This document shows, in pieces, positions 32,078-43,900 of a DNA stretch of 64,000 bases (position 1 is the stretch's first letter; each line of letters starts with the position of its first letter). Under the pieces are notes generated by a model. That model did not search any database. It was not told the DNA's origin and saw only the letters and a program-made list of their open reading frames with translations. The stretch is from Naegleria gruberi (Eukaryota): assembly GCA_000004985.1 (NCBI GenBank), contig GG738858.1; one strand, written 5' to 3'. Position numbers and translations under genes: made by a program.

Positions 32078-34195
32078 ATGGAAAAACACACAACACAACT
32101 TTCACAAAAAGAAGAAGAGGAAACAAATATGAACTTGTGGCAACAAGATGATCAATTTCCGAATGACATTATTTATGAAATTATGTCCTTTCTTGATGAT
32201 TTTACATTTGTTGTCATGAATTGTGCATTAGTATCCAAACAGTGGTTCAATGTTATTTTATTAACATGTAACCATCTTACTTTGAATGGTAAATATGGTG
32301 TTGAAATGGGTGGCCAATTTTTACAGAATATTGCAACTCTTAATGTTTGTGCCACAAGTGATACTTGCAAAAAATTAATCTTGATGAAATCATTAACTGA
32401 ACTAATTATTAGATGTGATGAACAAGACGCTAAATACATAGGTGGATTGAAACAATTAACGAGGCTTACTATTTATTCCAGTCATATTCGTGATATTGGT
32501 AAAATTAGTGAATTGAAACAATTGACCTATCTCAATGTTCCTGCGAATGGTATTTGGTGTTATACAACTAAACAGGTAAAAGAATTTAAACAATTGACCA
32601 CTCTTATTATTGATCAAAATCAAGTGGGTAGTGAAGGATGTAAATATATTAGTGAATTGAAACAATTGACCTCTCTTTCTATTGATGAAAATTTTATTTA
32701 TGATGAAGGAGTAGAGTATTTAAGTGAATTAGCACAATTAACATATCTTAATATTTCCAACAATGGGGTTGGTAGTGAAGGATGTAAATATGTAGGCAAA
32801 ATGAAACGATTGACCTCTCTTGGTTTTTATAACAATCGTATTGGTAAGGAAGGAGCTAAATACATTAGTACATTGAATCAATTGAAACAACTTGATATTT
32901 CTCGAACTAATATTGGTGATAAAGGACTTGAACATATTGGTCAATTATCACAATTGACAAGTCTTGATTTATATTGCAATAAGATTGGTAATGGAGGAGC
33001 TAAATATTTAAGTGAATTGAAACAATTAACCTATCTTAATATTTCTGAGAATCACATTGGCAATGAAGGAATTAAATATATTGGTGAATTGAAACAATTA
33101 GTCAATCTAATAATTAATAACAATAGGATTGGTAATGATGGAGTTAAATATATTGGAGAATTAAAACAATTAACCTATCTTAATATTTCTGAGAATCGCA
33201 TTGGCAATGAAGGAATTAAATATATTGGTGACTTAAAACAATTAACCAATATTATTATTTCTCGTAATTGGATTGGTAGTGAAGGAGCTAAATATATTGG
33301 TAAATTGTCACAATTGACAAGTCTTGGACTTTCTAGTAATAATATTGATAACGAAGGAGCTAAATATTTGAGTGAATTGAAAGAATTGAGCTTTCTTAAT
33401 ATTGAGAGAAATAAGATTCGTGATGAAGGAGCAAAATATATAAGTGAATTAAAGGAATTGATCTATCTTTATATCAGTAACAATAAGATTCGTAATGAAG
33501 GAGCTAAATACATAAGTGAATTGAAACAAGTAACTTACCTTGATATTGGCAACAATTATATTGGTGATGAAGGAATAAAATACATAAGTGAAATGAAACA
33601 ATTAACGGATCTTAAAAAATACCAATATAATGAAGAAGAGTACAATGAAATTGAAGAGGAGTATAATGAAGAAGATTACTATTACAATGAGGAGGAGGAG
33701 GAGTATAATGAAAATGAAGAAGAACATAATGAGAATGAGGAGGAGTACACTAACGAAGAAGAATATATTGAAAATGAGGAGGAGTACAATGAAAACGAAG
33801 AAGAATACACTGACAATGAAGAAGAACATAATGAGAATGAGGAGGAGTGCACTGACAATGAAGAAGAGCACAATGAGAAGGAGGAGGAGTACACTAACAA
33901 TGAAGATTACTATGACAATGAGGAGGAGTATACTGAAAATGAAGAAGAGCACTCTGAAAATGAAGAGGAGTACAATGACAATGAGTATTTGAAAATGAAG
34001 ATCACAACGAAAACGAAGAATTCACTGTCAATGAGGAGGTGGAGTATATGGAAAATGAAGGAGAATATATTGAAAATGAGGAGGAGTGCACTGACAATAA
34101 AGAAGTGCACAATGAAAATGAGGAGGAGTGAAATGAAAAAGACTGGAATTGTTTTTGTTAACCAATTAGATGAAGATATGAATCAGACATTGTAG
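32078..34195 (+). CDS. F-box-like / RNI-type leucine-rich-repeat protein with acidic EEEYNENEEE-repeat tail (paralogue A)
   Basis: The N-terminal F-box-like segment is FPNDIIYEIMSFLDDFTFVVMNCALVSKQWFNV. It is followed by about 18 copies of a 24-aa LRR (L..L.I..N.IG.EGAKYISELKQ). The C-terminus has a 27-nt-periodic acidic repeat. About 85% identical to the gene at 55421 at the N-terminus. Confidence 0.75.
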   Translation: MEKHTTQLSQKEEEETNMNLWQQDDQFPNDIIYEIMSFLDDFTFVVMNCALVSKQWFNVILLTCNHLTLNGKYGVEMGGQFLQNIATLNVCATSDTCKKLILMKSLTELIIRCDEQDAKYIGGLKQLTRLTIYSSHIRDIGKISELKQLTYLNVPANGIWCYTTKQVKEFKQLTTLIIDQNQVGSEGCKYISELKQLTSLSIDENFIYDEGVEYLSELAQLTYLNISNNGVGSEGCKYVGKMKRLTSLGFYNNRIGKEGAKYISTLNQLKQLDISRTNIGDKGLEHIGQLSQLTSLDLYCNKIGNGGAKYLSELKQLTYLNISENHIGNEGIKYIGELKQLVNLIINNNRIGNDGVKYIGELKQLTYLNISENRIGNEGIKYIGDLKQLTNIIISRNWIGSEGAKYIGKLSQLTSLGLSSNNIDNEGAKYLSELKELSFLNIERNKIRDEGAKYISELKELIYLYISNNKIRNEGAKYISELKQVTYLDIGNNYIGDEGIKYISEMKQLTDLKKYQYNEEEYNEIEEEYNEEDYYYNEEEEEYNENEEEHNENEEEYTNEEEYIENEEEYNENEEEYTDNEEEHNENEEECTDNEEEHNEKEEEYTNNEDYYDNEEEYTENEEEHSENEEEYNDNEYLKMKITTKTKNSLSMRRWSIWKMKENILKMRRSALTIKKCTMKMRRSEMKKTGIVFVNQLDEDMNQTL
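33600..34140 (+). repeat. tandem 27-nt (9-codon) acidic repeat tract (EEEY[NT][ED]NEEE) inside the tail of LRR paralogue A; contains an apparent 1-nt frameshift near 33975
   Basis: GAG/GAA-rich periodicity is visible in the sequence. All three plus frames and the antisense frames yield long low-complexity ORFs (E-rich, K/M/R-rich, S-rich and I/L/F-rich). Confidence 0.7.
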
Positions 34196-34483
34196 CCATA
34201 ACATATTTACAAATTTATCAAACTATAATTCTTATAATCTTTCCAATAACACTTTGTTCATTTCCTTGGATTACAGAATAATGTCAAGTAAGAAAGGTAT
34301 CAAGGCAATAATTGTCCAAGTTGATGTTTAAATCAAACAATAAAAGGTCAAAAATATTGAATATAGAATTTGTTAACCAACATTACAAAATTCCATATTA
34401 GAGTAAATACGAGTTCCAAGTTAATTACTAAAATTGTAAACAAGTTCATAAAATTTAAAAAAAAATTGAAAATCAAAAAAAAA

Positions 34484-35527
34484 ATGACTGAACGTATTTG
34501 CATAGTTGGGAGAACTTTCTTCTACAACAAGACACAAGATGCAGCCTTATCCAAGACAATGCTCGATGTTCGTTCTCGAGTTGATTACGATCAAAGTCAT
34601 GTGAGAGCAAGTTTTTCAACTCCGATCATTGATGAATATCATATCGGAGAGTTGATTGTTTCGAGTAGAGAAAAATTGGAAAAATTGATGAATGATTCTG
34701 TTTCGAAGGAGGAAATTACGTTGGTTTTGAATGAATTGTTTGGAAAGGTTTCGGGATTTAGATTGAGAGGAATTGGTTATAAGAATGTAATGTTATATGG
34801 GGATGAGGAGATTTTATTGTCGGAATTGAAGAGTGGAATTCAAAAGGTGGGAGATGAAGCCAAGTTTCCAAATTGTGATAAGTTGGTAGAGTCATCTAGC
34901 AGAATTGTTGGGGATGTGCATTCGGACGATATCATGAAATATCCTGTATTATTATTGGCTGAATTATTGAGGATGGAGGGAAAGATTGAAAATGTCTATG
35001 TGCTGGATAGTTACAAATTATATTTGGAAAAGTATAGTTATGTGGTCACTTTTAAAGATAGAATTGGACATCAAACATTGTATCCATCTGAAATTATTGA
35101 AAATTTCTTGTTTTTGGGAAATCGAGATAATGCCAGTTCCGATAGAGAACTCACAGATATTGGAATCACTTACATTTTGAATATGGCAGAAGAGGTGGAA
35201 AATGTCTTGGAGGAAATGATCTTGGACAATGGAGAGAAAAAGTACAAGTACTTAAAGTTGGGCACTGGTGATACAATTGAACACTCGATATCTGATCTCT
35301 TCGAACAGGCTAACCAATTCCTGAGGGAGGCCTTTGAAAATAATTGTAAGGCAATTGTTAATTGTAATATGGGTATCAGTAGAAGTTCAACCACTGTACT
35401 CAGCTATTTAATGAAATATTATGAACTTTCATTCGAGGAGGCATTCCACCATGCCAAAGGTCACAGAAGTATTGTTTGTCCAAATCAAGCTTTCCGAGAA
35501 CAACTCAAAAACTATTATAAACGTTAA
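34484..35527 (+). CDS. MAP-kinase-phosphatase-type dual-specificity phosphatase (rhodanese/CDC25-like domain plus DUSP catalytic domain)
   Basis: Rhodanese-like LDVRSRVDYDQSHVRAS. The catalytic loop AIVNCNMGISRSSTTVLSYLM fits the C-x5-R motif. The ATG at 34484 follows an A-run; the track start at 34370 is probably upstream leader. Confidence 0.8.
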   Translation: MTERICIVGRTFFYNKTQDAALSKTMLDVRSRVDYDQSHVRASFSTPIIDEYHIGELIVSSREKLEKLMNDSVSKEEITLVLNELFGKVSGFRLRGIGYKNVMLYGDEEILLSELKSGIQKVGDEAKFPNCDKLVESSSRIVGDVHSDDIMKYPVLLLAELLRMEGKIENVYVLDSYKLYLEKYSYVVTFKDRIGHQTLYPSEIIENFLFLGNRDNASSDRELTDIGITYILNMAEEVENVLEEMILDNGEKKYKYLKLGTGDTIEHSISDLFEQANQFLREAFENNCKAIVNCNMGISRSSTTVLSYLMKYYELSFEEAFHHAKGHRSIVCPNQAFREQLKNYYKR

Positions 35528-35533
35528 TGGAAT

Positions 35534-37921
35534 CTATTCCAGGTTTTGTTTCTTTATGTCTTTGAGATAGTTTCCAAAAGATTTTAACAGGAATAAATCC
35601 ATAGCTTTTCTTTGTTGGTTCGTACACTTTCCACTCACGTGAGAGAGTAGCACATAATCATCTTCCATTCCAATACCATTCTCTACTGTTTGTTTCAATA
35701 GTTTTTGTTCCATTTCATTGAACATATCAATGTAATATTCTGGTTTATCTTTCTGATAGGGAATCTTACGAATGGAGAACCAACAATGAGCAGCATCATC
35801 AATTTTATCAAGAGCAAGAAGGGTCAGGGCCATATTGAACGCAATACTGAACTGGGTTTCAATCAACAACTTTCTATCGAAATGCTCCTCCGGTAATAGT
35901 ACAAACGCCTGTCTGAGTAAATGTAGGGCATCATCTAGTTGGTGTTTACAAATCAGTATCATTGCTCTATTGTTTAAAAGCACAGATTTGAAAAAGGTAT
36001 TTGATATTTCCTCAGATTTTAAAGCTCCCTCCAAAATTTGTTCACATTCCATGAGAGGCCTTTCCAGTGCCATCATGGCATCACACTTATAGAGTAGGAG
36101 CATCACGTCTTGGTTTGGACTCGAGATTCCACCTAGTTTCTTAATGGCATAGTCACAGATTCTAAGTGCCTTCCCATAGCTATGAGTTTGAAGGAGACAG
36201 TAAATGTACATTTTCAATAATTGAAGTGGTGAAATGCTTTCATCTGGATGCTCTGCGTTTTGATTGACTTTTCCCCACAATCTCTTATCTTCAGTGTGGA
36301 TTAAATTCTTGATGAGATGCTCAAAGCAGTAAAGAGCGTCATAGTAGCTTTCCTCCTTCACTAGCGAATTACCAATGTGGCTTAAAATCAAGTATGGACT
36401 CAGTATTGATGTATTTCTCTCTTCTTCATCAATATTGGATGTTTCATTGACAAGAATTTGATGAATTTCTTGTAAAATCTTACGCTTAGGATGGTGCTCT
36501 CCCAAATAGTCTCTTATTTTACACATATTGTACATGGATTCAACCTTTTTTAGTGGATTACTTTCAATACTGCTTGCTTTTTGTAACCAATTGAGACAAT
36601 CACTTAGTGATGACTCTTTCAAGAATAAGAGAGCTACCATGTGACTGCTTTGGGACTGGTAAAAAGAGTATTCCTTTTGGTTGGAGCTGAGCTCAATAAC
36701 CTTCAAAAAGGTATCCTTGGATGTTTTGATATCACCCTTTTCCATTGAAATTATCGCCAATAAATAGAGTGCTGGTACATATTTTTTACAGAGCTTGCAT
36801 TGGGCTACTGCAGCGTCCAGTTTTTCCACTTCCAATAGTGCAATAGATAGGTGCATTTGGCTATTATTAATTTCATTATCAATATCAGCGGAATCTCTTT
36901 CAGAAATTGTTTCAGAAGACATGCCACTCAATTTTTTCAAAATATCATAAACAATTCCACCAGTTCCTTTCTCGTTCCATAAATTGTCAGCTATTAATGA
37001 AAACTTTCTCTTGGATATCAATACCGAATTGTATAAATTCAATACTCTGGCCAATGTAATGTGAAAATGTAGCATGGCTGTATTAAGCGAGTCCTTCATT
37101 GCACTATCGAAAAATTTCAAAATCCTGTTTGAATAATCTACACTAAAGACTGATTTGAATTTAGATTTTTTTCGTTTCTTTGTTGGTGGAGACAATTTGG
37201 CTTCATCCTCAAATAGATAACCAGAAAAATTAAAATCAATTGCTTCCTGTAGTGATTCGAAACATTTCTGTAGTGATTGGTCAGTAAAAAGCTGCAGAAC
37301 TGAACTCATAACAAAGTTTAAACACTCATACAGAGAATCCAGCACTTCCTTTGTGTTTCTTGAACTGAATAAATTATCATTAACCACAGCAATTAAATAA
37401 ACCTTCAATCCAAATAGCAATCCTATCTGAATGTTTTGATTTTCTATTTTCCTAGTCATCATTGAATTAATATTCGTTCTAACATGTGCAACAACTCCCT
37501 CCAGTGATATTGTTGATGATGAAGATTGATCAGCATTCGATGCATTCAAATAATAGCCACACGTCTTTTTATCCATCATCATGGCCAAATAGTAAAACTC
37601 ATTGACAAGTTCTTCGTCCGTTATATAGGAACCCACTCCTCCTCCTTGTGTAGGAAATTTACTCTCCAACTCGGAAACCTTGTTCATAATTTTTGTATAT
37701 TGTCCATTCGTAAATAATTGGCTTGCTTGTTGATTGCTAAATTGAATCCATTCTCGAATAAGTTTCTTCCTTTCCATATTATTATTGTTCTTTCCATTAT
37801 TATTTAATGATGATGATGATAATGAATCACTACCACCTTCCAAAGATGATGATGATCTTCCATTCTCCATAGATGCACTACTTTTTCCCTGAAGGAGAGA
37901 AGCAAAGAGTGACCTATTCAT
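35534..37921 (-). CDS. large helical-repeat (TPR-like) protein, about 795 aa
   Basis: Long ORF. The track start at 37930 is TTG; the first ATG is at 37921. The N-terminus is Ser-rich and the rest is predicted alpha-helical repeats. Its stop lies 6 bp from the DUSP stop on the opposite strand. Confidence 0.55.
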   Translation of the reverse strand: MNRSLFASLLQGKSSASMENGRSSSSLEGGSDSLSSSSLNNNGKNNNNMERKKLIREWIQFSNQQASQLFTNGQYTKIMNKVSELESKFPTQGGGVGSYITDEELVNEFYYLAMMMDKKTCGYYLNASNADQSSSSTISLEGVVAHVRTNINSMMTRKIENQNIQIGLLFGLKVYLIAVVNDNLFSSRNTKEVLDSLYECLNFVMSSVLQLFTDQSLQKCFESLQEAIDFNFSGYLFEDEAKLSPPTKKRKKSKFKSVFSVDYSNRILKFFDSAMKDSLNTAMLHFHITLARVLNLYNSVLISKRKFSLIADNLWNEKGTGGIVYDILKKLSGMSSETISERDSADIDNEINNSQMHLSIALLEVEKLDAAVAQCKLCKKYVPALYLLAIISMEKGDIKTSKDTFLKVIELSSNQKEYSFYQSQSSHMVALLFLKESSLSDCLNWLQKASSIESNPLKKVESMYNMCKIRDYLGEHHPKRKILQEIHQILVNETSNIDEEERNTSILSPYLILSHIGNSLVKEESYYDALYCFEHLIKNLIHTEDKRLWGKVNQNAEHPDESISPLQLLKMYIYCLLQTHSYGKALRICDYAIKKLGGISSPNQDVMLLLYKCDAMMALERPLMECEQILEGALKSEEISNTFFKSVLLNNRAMILICKHQLDDALHLLRQAFVLLPEEHFDRKLLIETQFSIAFNMALTLLALDKIDDAAHCWFSIRKIPYQKDKPEYYIDMFNEMEQKLLKQTVENGIGMEDDYVLLSHVSGKCTNQQRKAMDLFLLKSFGNYLKDIKKQNLE

Positions 37922-38003
37922 TTTTTTCAACTTGGAAATTCGATAAATTACTCGAAGTTAAAACATTTGAAACAATAAGTTAAATAAGATTTATTGATAT
38001 GAT

Positions 38004-40839
38004 TTACCATTCTTCCCAATTATCACTCCAATCCTTTGGTTTTTGTTGTTGAGAAGTGTTGTTGGTATTTGAGGTTGCTTGTTTAGGTTGTTGTTGTTGT
38101 CTGATTGGTTGTAGTTGTTGTTGTGGTTGTGGTTGTGGTTGTTTTGGTGGTTGCTGAGAGAATGATGGTTGCTTCTTTTGAGGTTCATTCATTGAGGCAA
38201 AGAAATCATCACCAAAATTGTTTTTCTGAGAGGAAGTGATATTGGATTGGTTGGTATTGGCTGTTGGTCTTTTTTGAGTTGGATTTGGTGAGCTAGTAGA
38301 AGTGGTTGTTGTTGAGGATGTTGGGGCATGAGATAACTTGAGAGAGGAAGATGCAATAGTTGTCTTTGCTTTTGGTATCTCAAATTGGTTGTCCATATCC
38401 CAAGAGCTCCAATCACCATCTAGTAAATCGTCACCACCAAGCATAGCTCCACTTGAAGAGTTTCCATTATTTCCAGGCATATCATCCATATCGAAAAAGT
38501 CATCAAATTCATTGTTGCTAGAGCTCTTAACTGGCTGCTTCTTTTGTGCTGTAGTACTTGCTGTGTTATTGGTATTTACACTTTGGACTGGCTTATTTTG
38601 AGTTGCTTGCTTTGGTTGTAAAGTGTTGAATTCTTGAGAGTTTTGTTTTGGAGTTGTGTTAAGAGAAACTGGTTTGTAAATAGTTGAAGAAGCAGTATTT
38701 GAGGTGTTGACAGTGGAAGAACCATATCCAGAATTTGTATTGGTGCTACTAAGAGATGGAGAGCTTGTTGGTCTAGTTTGTTGTTGATTTGTTGTGGTAT
38801 TTGATCCAGAATGTTGTTCATTCTCACCCAATACTTTAGTCTTGATGGATTTCATAGCCCAGGACAAGTAATCTCCTTGTTCTCCAGAACCACCTGTTGT
38901 TGCACTAGTACTAGATTGACCATTTGCTATGGCACTATCTTGACTTCTTTCGTTGGCAACAATTTCAGTAAAGTTTGGATTTTCTGACAAATCAGAAATA
39001 ACCTTCAAAAATTCATTCATAACTTGGAAAGCTAAATCTCTCACTTGTTTTTCAGCATCTACAGTAAGGGAAACAACAAAAGGTAAACCTTTCACTGCAA
39101 CTTCACTCACTGAATAGAAAGATTTTGTGCTCAAAAGAGCTTTCAGAGCAGCAACTCTAGAATGAACGAATGGATCTTTGAGACTTCTAACAAAAGCAGC
39201 TAAAAGTACTCTTTTACGAGTTTTTTCTGAAAAGTTGGCAGCTAATTTACCAAAAGCAATAACAGTGTTAGTTCTAATTGCATTTTCCTTATCACCTTGG
39301 AGGGCCCACATAAATCTCACAACGCTATTGTCAACAGTATCCTCTTTGAGCTTTGGAACGAGGGAGATCATTGCCTTGACTGTCATTTCTCTCAAAACTG
39401 GAGAAGTATCTTTGAATCCTTTAGAAACATGTTCATAGACAATTTCAGATTGTTCTTTTGTCAAATATATGGCAATATGATCAATACTCCTCAATAAATT
39501 AACTCTAACTGTTCTATCAGCAATTTCGAAAAGGTCAATAATTTTTGGAATGAAGATTGTCTTGTAATCATCCTCATTCAATAGACTACCAAGTTTCATT
39601 ATAGGAACAATAGCTTTTTGGCCATTGTTAGTGAATTTGATGAGTTGAATCAAGCTTGGAAGTACCTTATTCTTCAGATTATTTTGTGGAATTTGAGTTA
39701 ACATGTCAGGTAATCTATTCAAAAAATCGTCAGTTGCTGCTGCATCTTTGATTGTAATATTTTCCAAAAAGAGTTGAATTTCAATAAGAGAGTTCTTAAA
39801 ATATGGATTTTCCAACAATCTTGCAGCATCCATTCTCATTTTTACATTCTTATCAATGAGTTGATCATAACCGACTCTGAGAGTTTTTGGAATTTTAGAA
39901 ACTCTCTTCAAATCGTCTGAATTATTCAAATTTCCTTCAAAAATTTCATAAATTAAACAAGCAAGCCCCCAAGAATCAAGTTTTGATGGACTTTCCTCAA
40001 TGATATCCCATCTGTCACAAATAGATCAGTATATTGATTAGTATATCACTCATAAACATACCTCTGTGTTGTAAGCTCCAAAGATTTATACTTATTCATG
40101 ATAAAGGAACCAAAAGTTCTTACAGGAACACCATAAGAAGCTTCAGTTGGATTGACTACTCCTCCACTATTTTGGAATGATGTTAAAAATCCAAGTTCTC
40201 CCAGTTTCCAATCTCCACCATTATCCACAAAAACAGAATCCATATTTACATTACAATGATACATATTTTTCCCATGTAAGAAAGTCAATACTTTCTATTT
40301 GAAAATTTAAATATTATCAACACGATAATACATACAGCTATTTGATACAATCCGTAGGCAATTATTTCTGGTGCTCCGAGTTGAATTCTAATATTTTGCA
40401 ATTCAGTAGAGAGTGGTGTTACATATTCAGTCACAATACAAATACTATTTGGCAATTCAACTCCACTATTTGATGATAATGATGATATTCATCAATGATG
40501 AGGGCTTTTAAACTTACTCTAAAAAGTTAACAACACCTGGATGTTTAATGGCACGCAATCTTTTTAAACTTGCTTTGGCCAGTTCAATCTTATCTAAATA
40601 TCAAATAATTAACAACAATTATGATGATTAATTGATGGTTATTAAATCCATCTTCGGAACATACCTGGTGATGTTGTTGTATCAAAATCAAACTTGAAAA
40701 TTGTTACCAATTCCTGATCAGATTTTCTTCTGGCTTTATGAATCTTCCATAGAGTAGATGTTTGAACAAAATTCTCTTCGATATCATATGGAAATTCCTT
40801 CTTTCCTAGTAACGCACCAACCTGTTGAGCATTTCCCAT
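38004..40839 (-). CDS. SCY1-like pseudokinase (SCYL1/NTKL-type) with C-terminal HEAT repeats and N/Q/S-rich tail. 5 exons: 40839-40665, 40593-40518, 40465-40336, 40294-40062, 40011-38004. Introns 71, 52, 41 and 50 nt
   Basis: The spliced product is MGNAQQVG...[60 protein letters not shown]...IPKTLRVGYDQL.... Human SCYL1 has [49 protein letters not shown] and IPKTLVPHYCEL. The HEAT region RVAALKALLSTKSFYSVSEVAVKGLPFVVSLTVDAEKQVRDLAFQVMNEFL matches human RVAGVLGFAATHNLYS...[21 protein letters not shown]. All donors are GTATGT or GTAAGT. Confidence 0.85.
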
Positions 40840-40935
40840 TTTTTTTAACTTGGACGTCAACAGTTGCAATCAACACGTGTATTTCACCAACAACAGTTGA
40901 ATTGGAAGCTGAAGTGAATAGTTATTTATTGCAAT

Positions 40936-43900
40936 TTACCTTTTAGGATTTGATGAGGATCTTGTTTTTGAGGTTGAAGTGTTGGATTTTTTCTTTTTCT
41001 TAGTTGTTGTGGTTGTTGTTGTGGCATTTGGATTGGTTAGAGGGGCAGTGTTAAGGATTTTTTGAGATGCTGCAGCTAATTGACTAGCTTTCTTTGTTAT
41101 TGACACAGCACTGATTGGTTGATAGTAAGAAGGTAATTGATTATTATGAGGCATATGATCAGAGTGATGAACGCTAGGGGATGATGTAGTGTGAAGGGTA
41201 GTTGAAGGTGGTGGAGGATGAGCTACAATGTACTTTGGATAGATATGTTCGTCATTGTTGAGAGGATGAGATTGATAATTATTGTAATCGTAATAGGTAT
41301 TTTGTTGCTGGTGAGTATTTGGAGAAATTACATGTCTTCCTTCATTCATAATATTGGAATTCATAATAGGAGTATTGGAATACAAATTGCTATTGCTTGT
41401 TATCATCGATGGCATTGATAGAATGTTTGAGGTTTGTTTGATTGTTGTATCGGTTGTTTGAATGGCTGGATCTGTATCCTGTTCTTGGTCTTCTCCACCT
41501 TCTTTCTTTCTCTTGTGTTTTCTTTTCAGTTTTAACAAGTAATTTTGAAGCTCGTTTTGTCTAAGAGATTGTTTGAAGAACCTCTCCTTCAAAATCTTGT
41601 ACTTCTTGACCATATGCTCGTATTGTTCCAAATATTTTCTATTATCTGACTCATAGTGGTCTTGGAGTTGTCGTAATTGTTCGTCCAAAATCTTTTCCAC
41701 AGATGAGTTAGAGTCACGCCTGATGAGTTCCTCCTTTTCTCTAATAAGTGAGTTGATTCTATCCTCTTGGTCTGAAATTTGATCATGATATTGGGATAAT
41801 TGAGAATTAAGGGCCTCAAACTTGATTTCATAATCTCTTAGTTTGCCAGTGTATGCATCTTCAAGTTGCAAAGCTGCTGATTGCGCTTCTTTCGCCATAG
41901 ATGATCTTTCGTTTTCAACCCTCATGTGAAGTGAATCGTTATCTGCTTGAAGTTTTTTGATCTTCTTTTTGAGATGATCTATATCCTTGTTAAAGTCCAT
42001 ACTAGCTTTAGAAATTTCCTCGTCTTTCTTTGCCAAATTATCTTCTAATTGTCTAATTCTTTCATCCCTAGCTGCAACTCCAATGTCTGACTCTTCTCTG
42101 AGAGATCTTATCGTGTTGGTTGCAGATTGAAGTTGCTTATCCTTTTCAGCTAGATCTATTTGGAGTCTTTCCATGTTTCTGTTCAGCCTCTTCGTCTGTT
42201 CCATAATAACTTCATTTGAAAATTCTCTCTTTTGCACCAATTGATCTTCCAAAGACTTGATAATTGTTTCAAATTTGTATTTTTCTTCCTCTCTCAATCT
42301 TGTATCATCACTCAGCTTGTGTTCTAGTCCTTGAATAATTGCCTCCAACTCCTTCTTAATGATGATTCTATCGTTTTCACTGTCTTCTAGGCGTTTCTTA
42401 GACATTTCCAATTCTCTTGCTACTGATGAAAAATGATGGCTTCTTACACTCACAAACTCGACAGTCTTGTCGACTATTGTTCTGTAATCCCTTGAGTTCT
42501 TTATGACAACGCCGGACTCTAATAAGAGATTCTTTAGTCTATCTACTTCTTCTACAAGTTCTGTGTGATGGGATGTTATCGTTTCAGTTTTCTTGCTTTC
42601 CAAATCGATAACCTTTTGACTTTCTTGAATCACCTTTTCCATTTGGTTGATTCTCATTTCATATGACCTAGTGATTTCTTCATTCTCATGAATCTTCATA
42701 TTCAATCTCTTACTCAAATCTTCTAATTCATGTTGAAGCTCATGATAATCGAAAGAATTTTCCTCTCCATATTTTTCTTTTAACTTATCTAGAGAGTCTT
42801 CCAAAACCCTTACTTTATCATTTGATCTCAACAAGTTGTCTGAGAGTTTATCAATCTCTGTCTGCTTTGTTTTCACAATGTAATCTCTTTGTTGAAGTTG
42901 TTGTTTGAGGAGATTGAGTTGTGTTTCGGTTTCATTTTTGAGTGATCTTAGGGTCTCAACTTCTTCTTCCAATCTCTCTCTTATCCTAGCTTCTGAGGAA
43001 ATTTGTCTTTCCAATTCAAGTCTTTCAAGTTTAATTTTCTCGAACTTTTCATCAATTCCTTTCAATTCCTTAACTTGACTTTCAAGTTTGTAATTCTTTT
43101 GTTCCATTTCCTCAATCTTTGATGCATACTCTTCATGTAATTCGTGAATTTTCTCTTGTTCATGTTCATGGGATGGCCCAATATCAACAGATTGTTTCAA
43201 TGTAAAAAGTTCCTTCTCAAGTTTTTCCTTTTCAACTCTTAGTGATTGAACTAGTGTATGATGTTCCTTATTAATATGCTTTTCAGTGGAAATTGATTTG
43301 AAAATATTAAACAATGCTGTTTTAAACTCCTTGTATATACAGATGAATTGATCTGAAGCAATGTCCTTTTCATTAATTTCAGTGTTGACCATCTCATATA
43401 CATTTTCGATATTTTGATGTTTGAATAGATACAACAAGTTCTTCATGTCTGTCATGATCACAAAACTTGCTTTGGATACTCCTTTCTGTGATAACGATTT
43501 ATCCTCTTCATACTTTTGCCTTATTTCCTCCTCTCGTTGTTTTTGTTCTCTGAAAATATTTTCAAGTCTAGCTGTGTGTTTTGTTTGAAGTTCCTTATAC
43601 AGACTTCTCCACGTATCTAATTCTAATTTCATATTTTCTACATGATTTGTAAGTTTAGCAACTGCCTCCGACTCTGTTCCTCTTACTGGAGTGTCAGCAA
43701 ATAATATCGATGAAAATGTTGATGGCTCATCATCTTGATGCTATACAATAAATTAGTTCAGTCGTCAATTATTATTAATTCCTCCTACCTTTGATGATGA
43801 AAAAATTGGAAAGTGAGGCAGTTCTCTTTGCGACTCATCCATTCCATAATCTCTTCCCTCATTTGATGGTGATGGTGTGTCCCCTGTTGTAAGTCCACTA

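Noticed and set aside
33602-34110. ORFs 33602-33952(-), 33630-33992(+), 33682-33900(-) and 33910-34110(-), encoding I/L/F-rich, K/M/R-rich or S-rich polypeptides
   Set aside because: All are alternative-frame and antisense readings of the 27-nt acidic repeat in the tail of the LRR gene. They are low-complexity artefacts.
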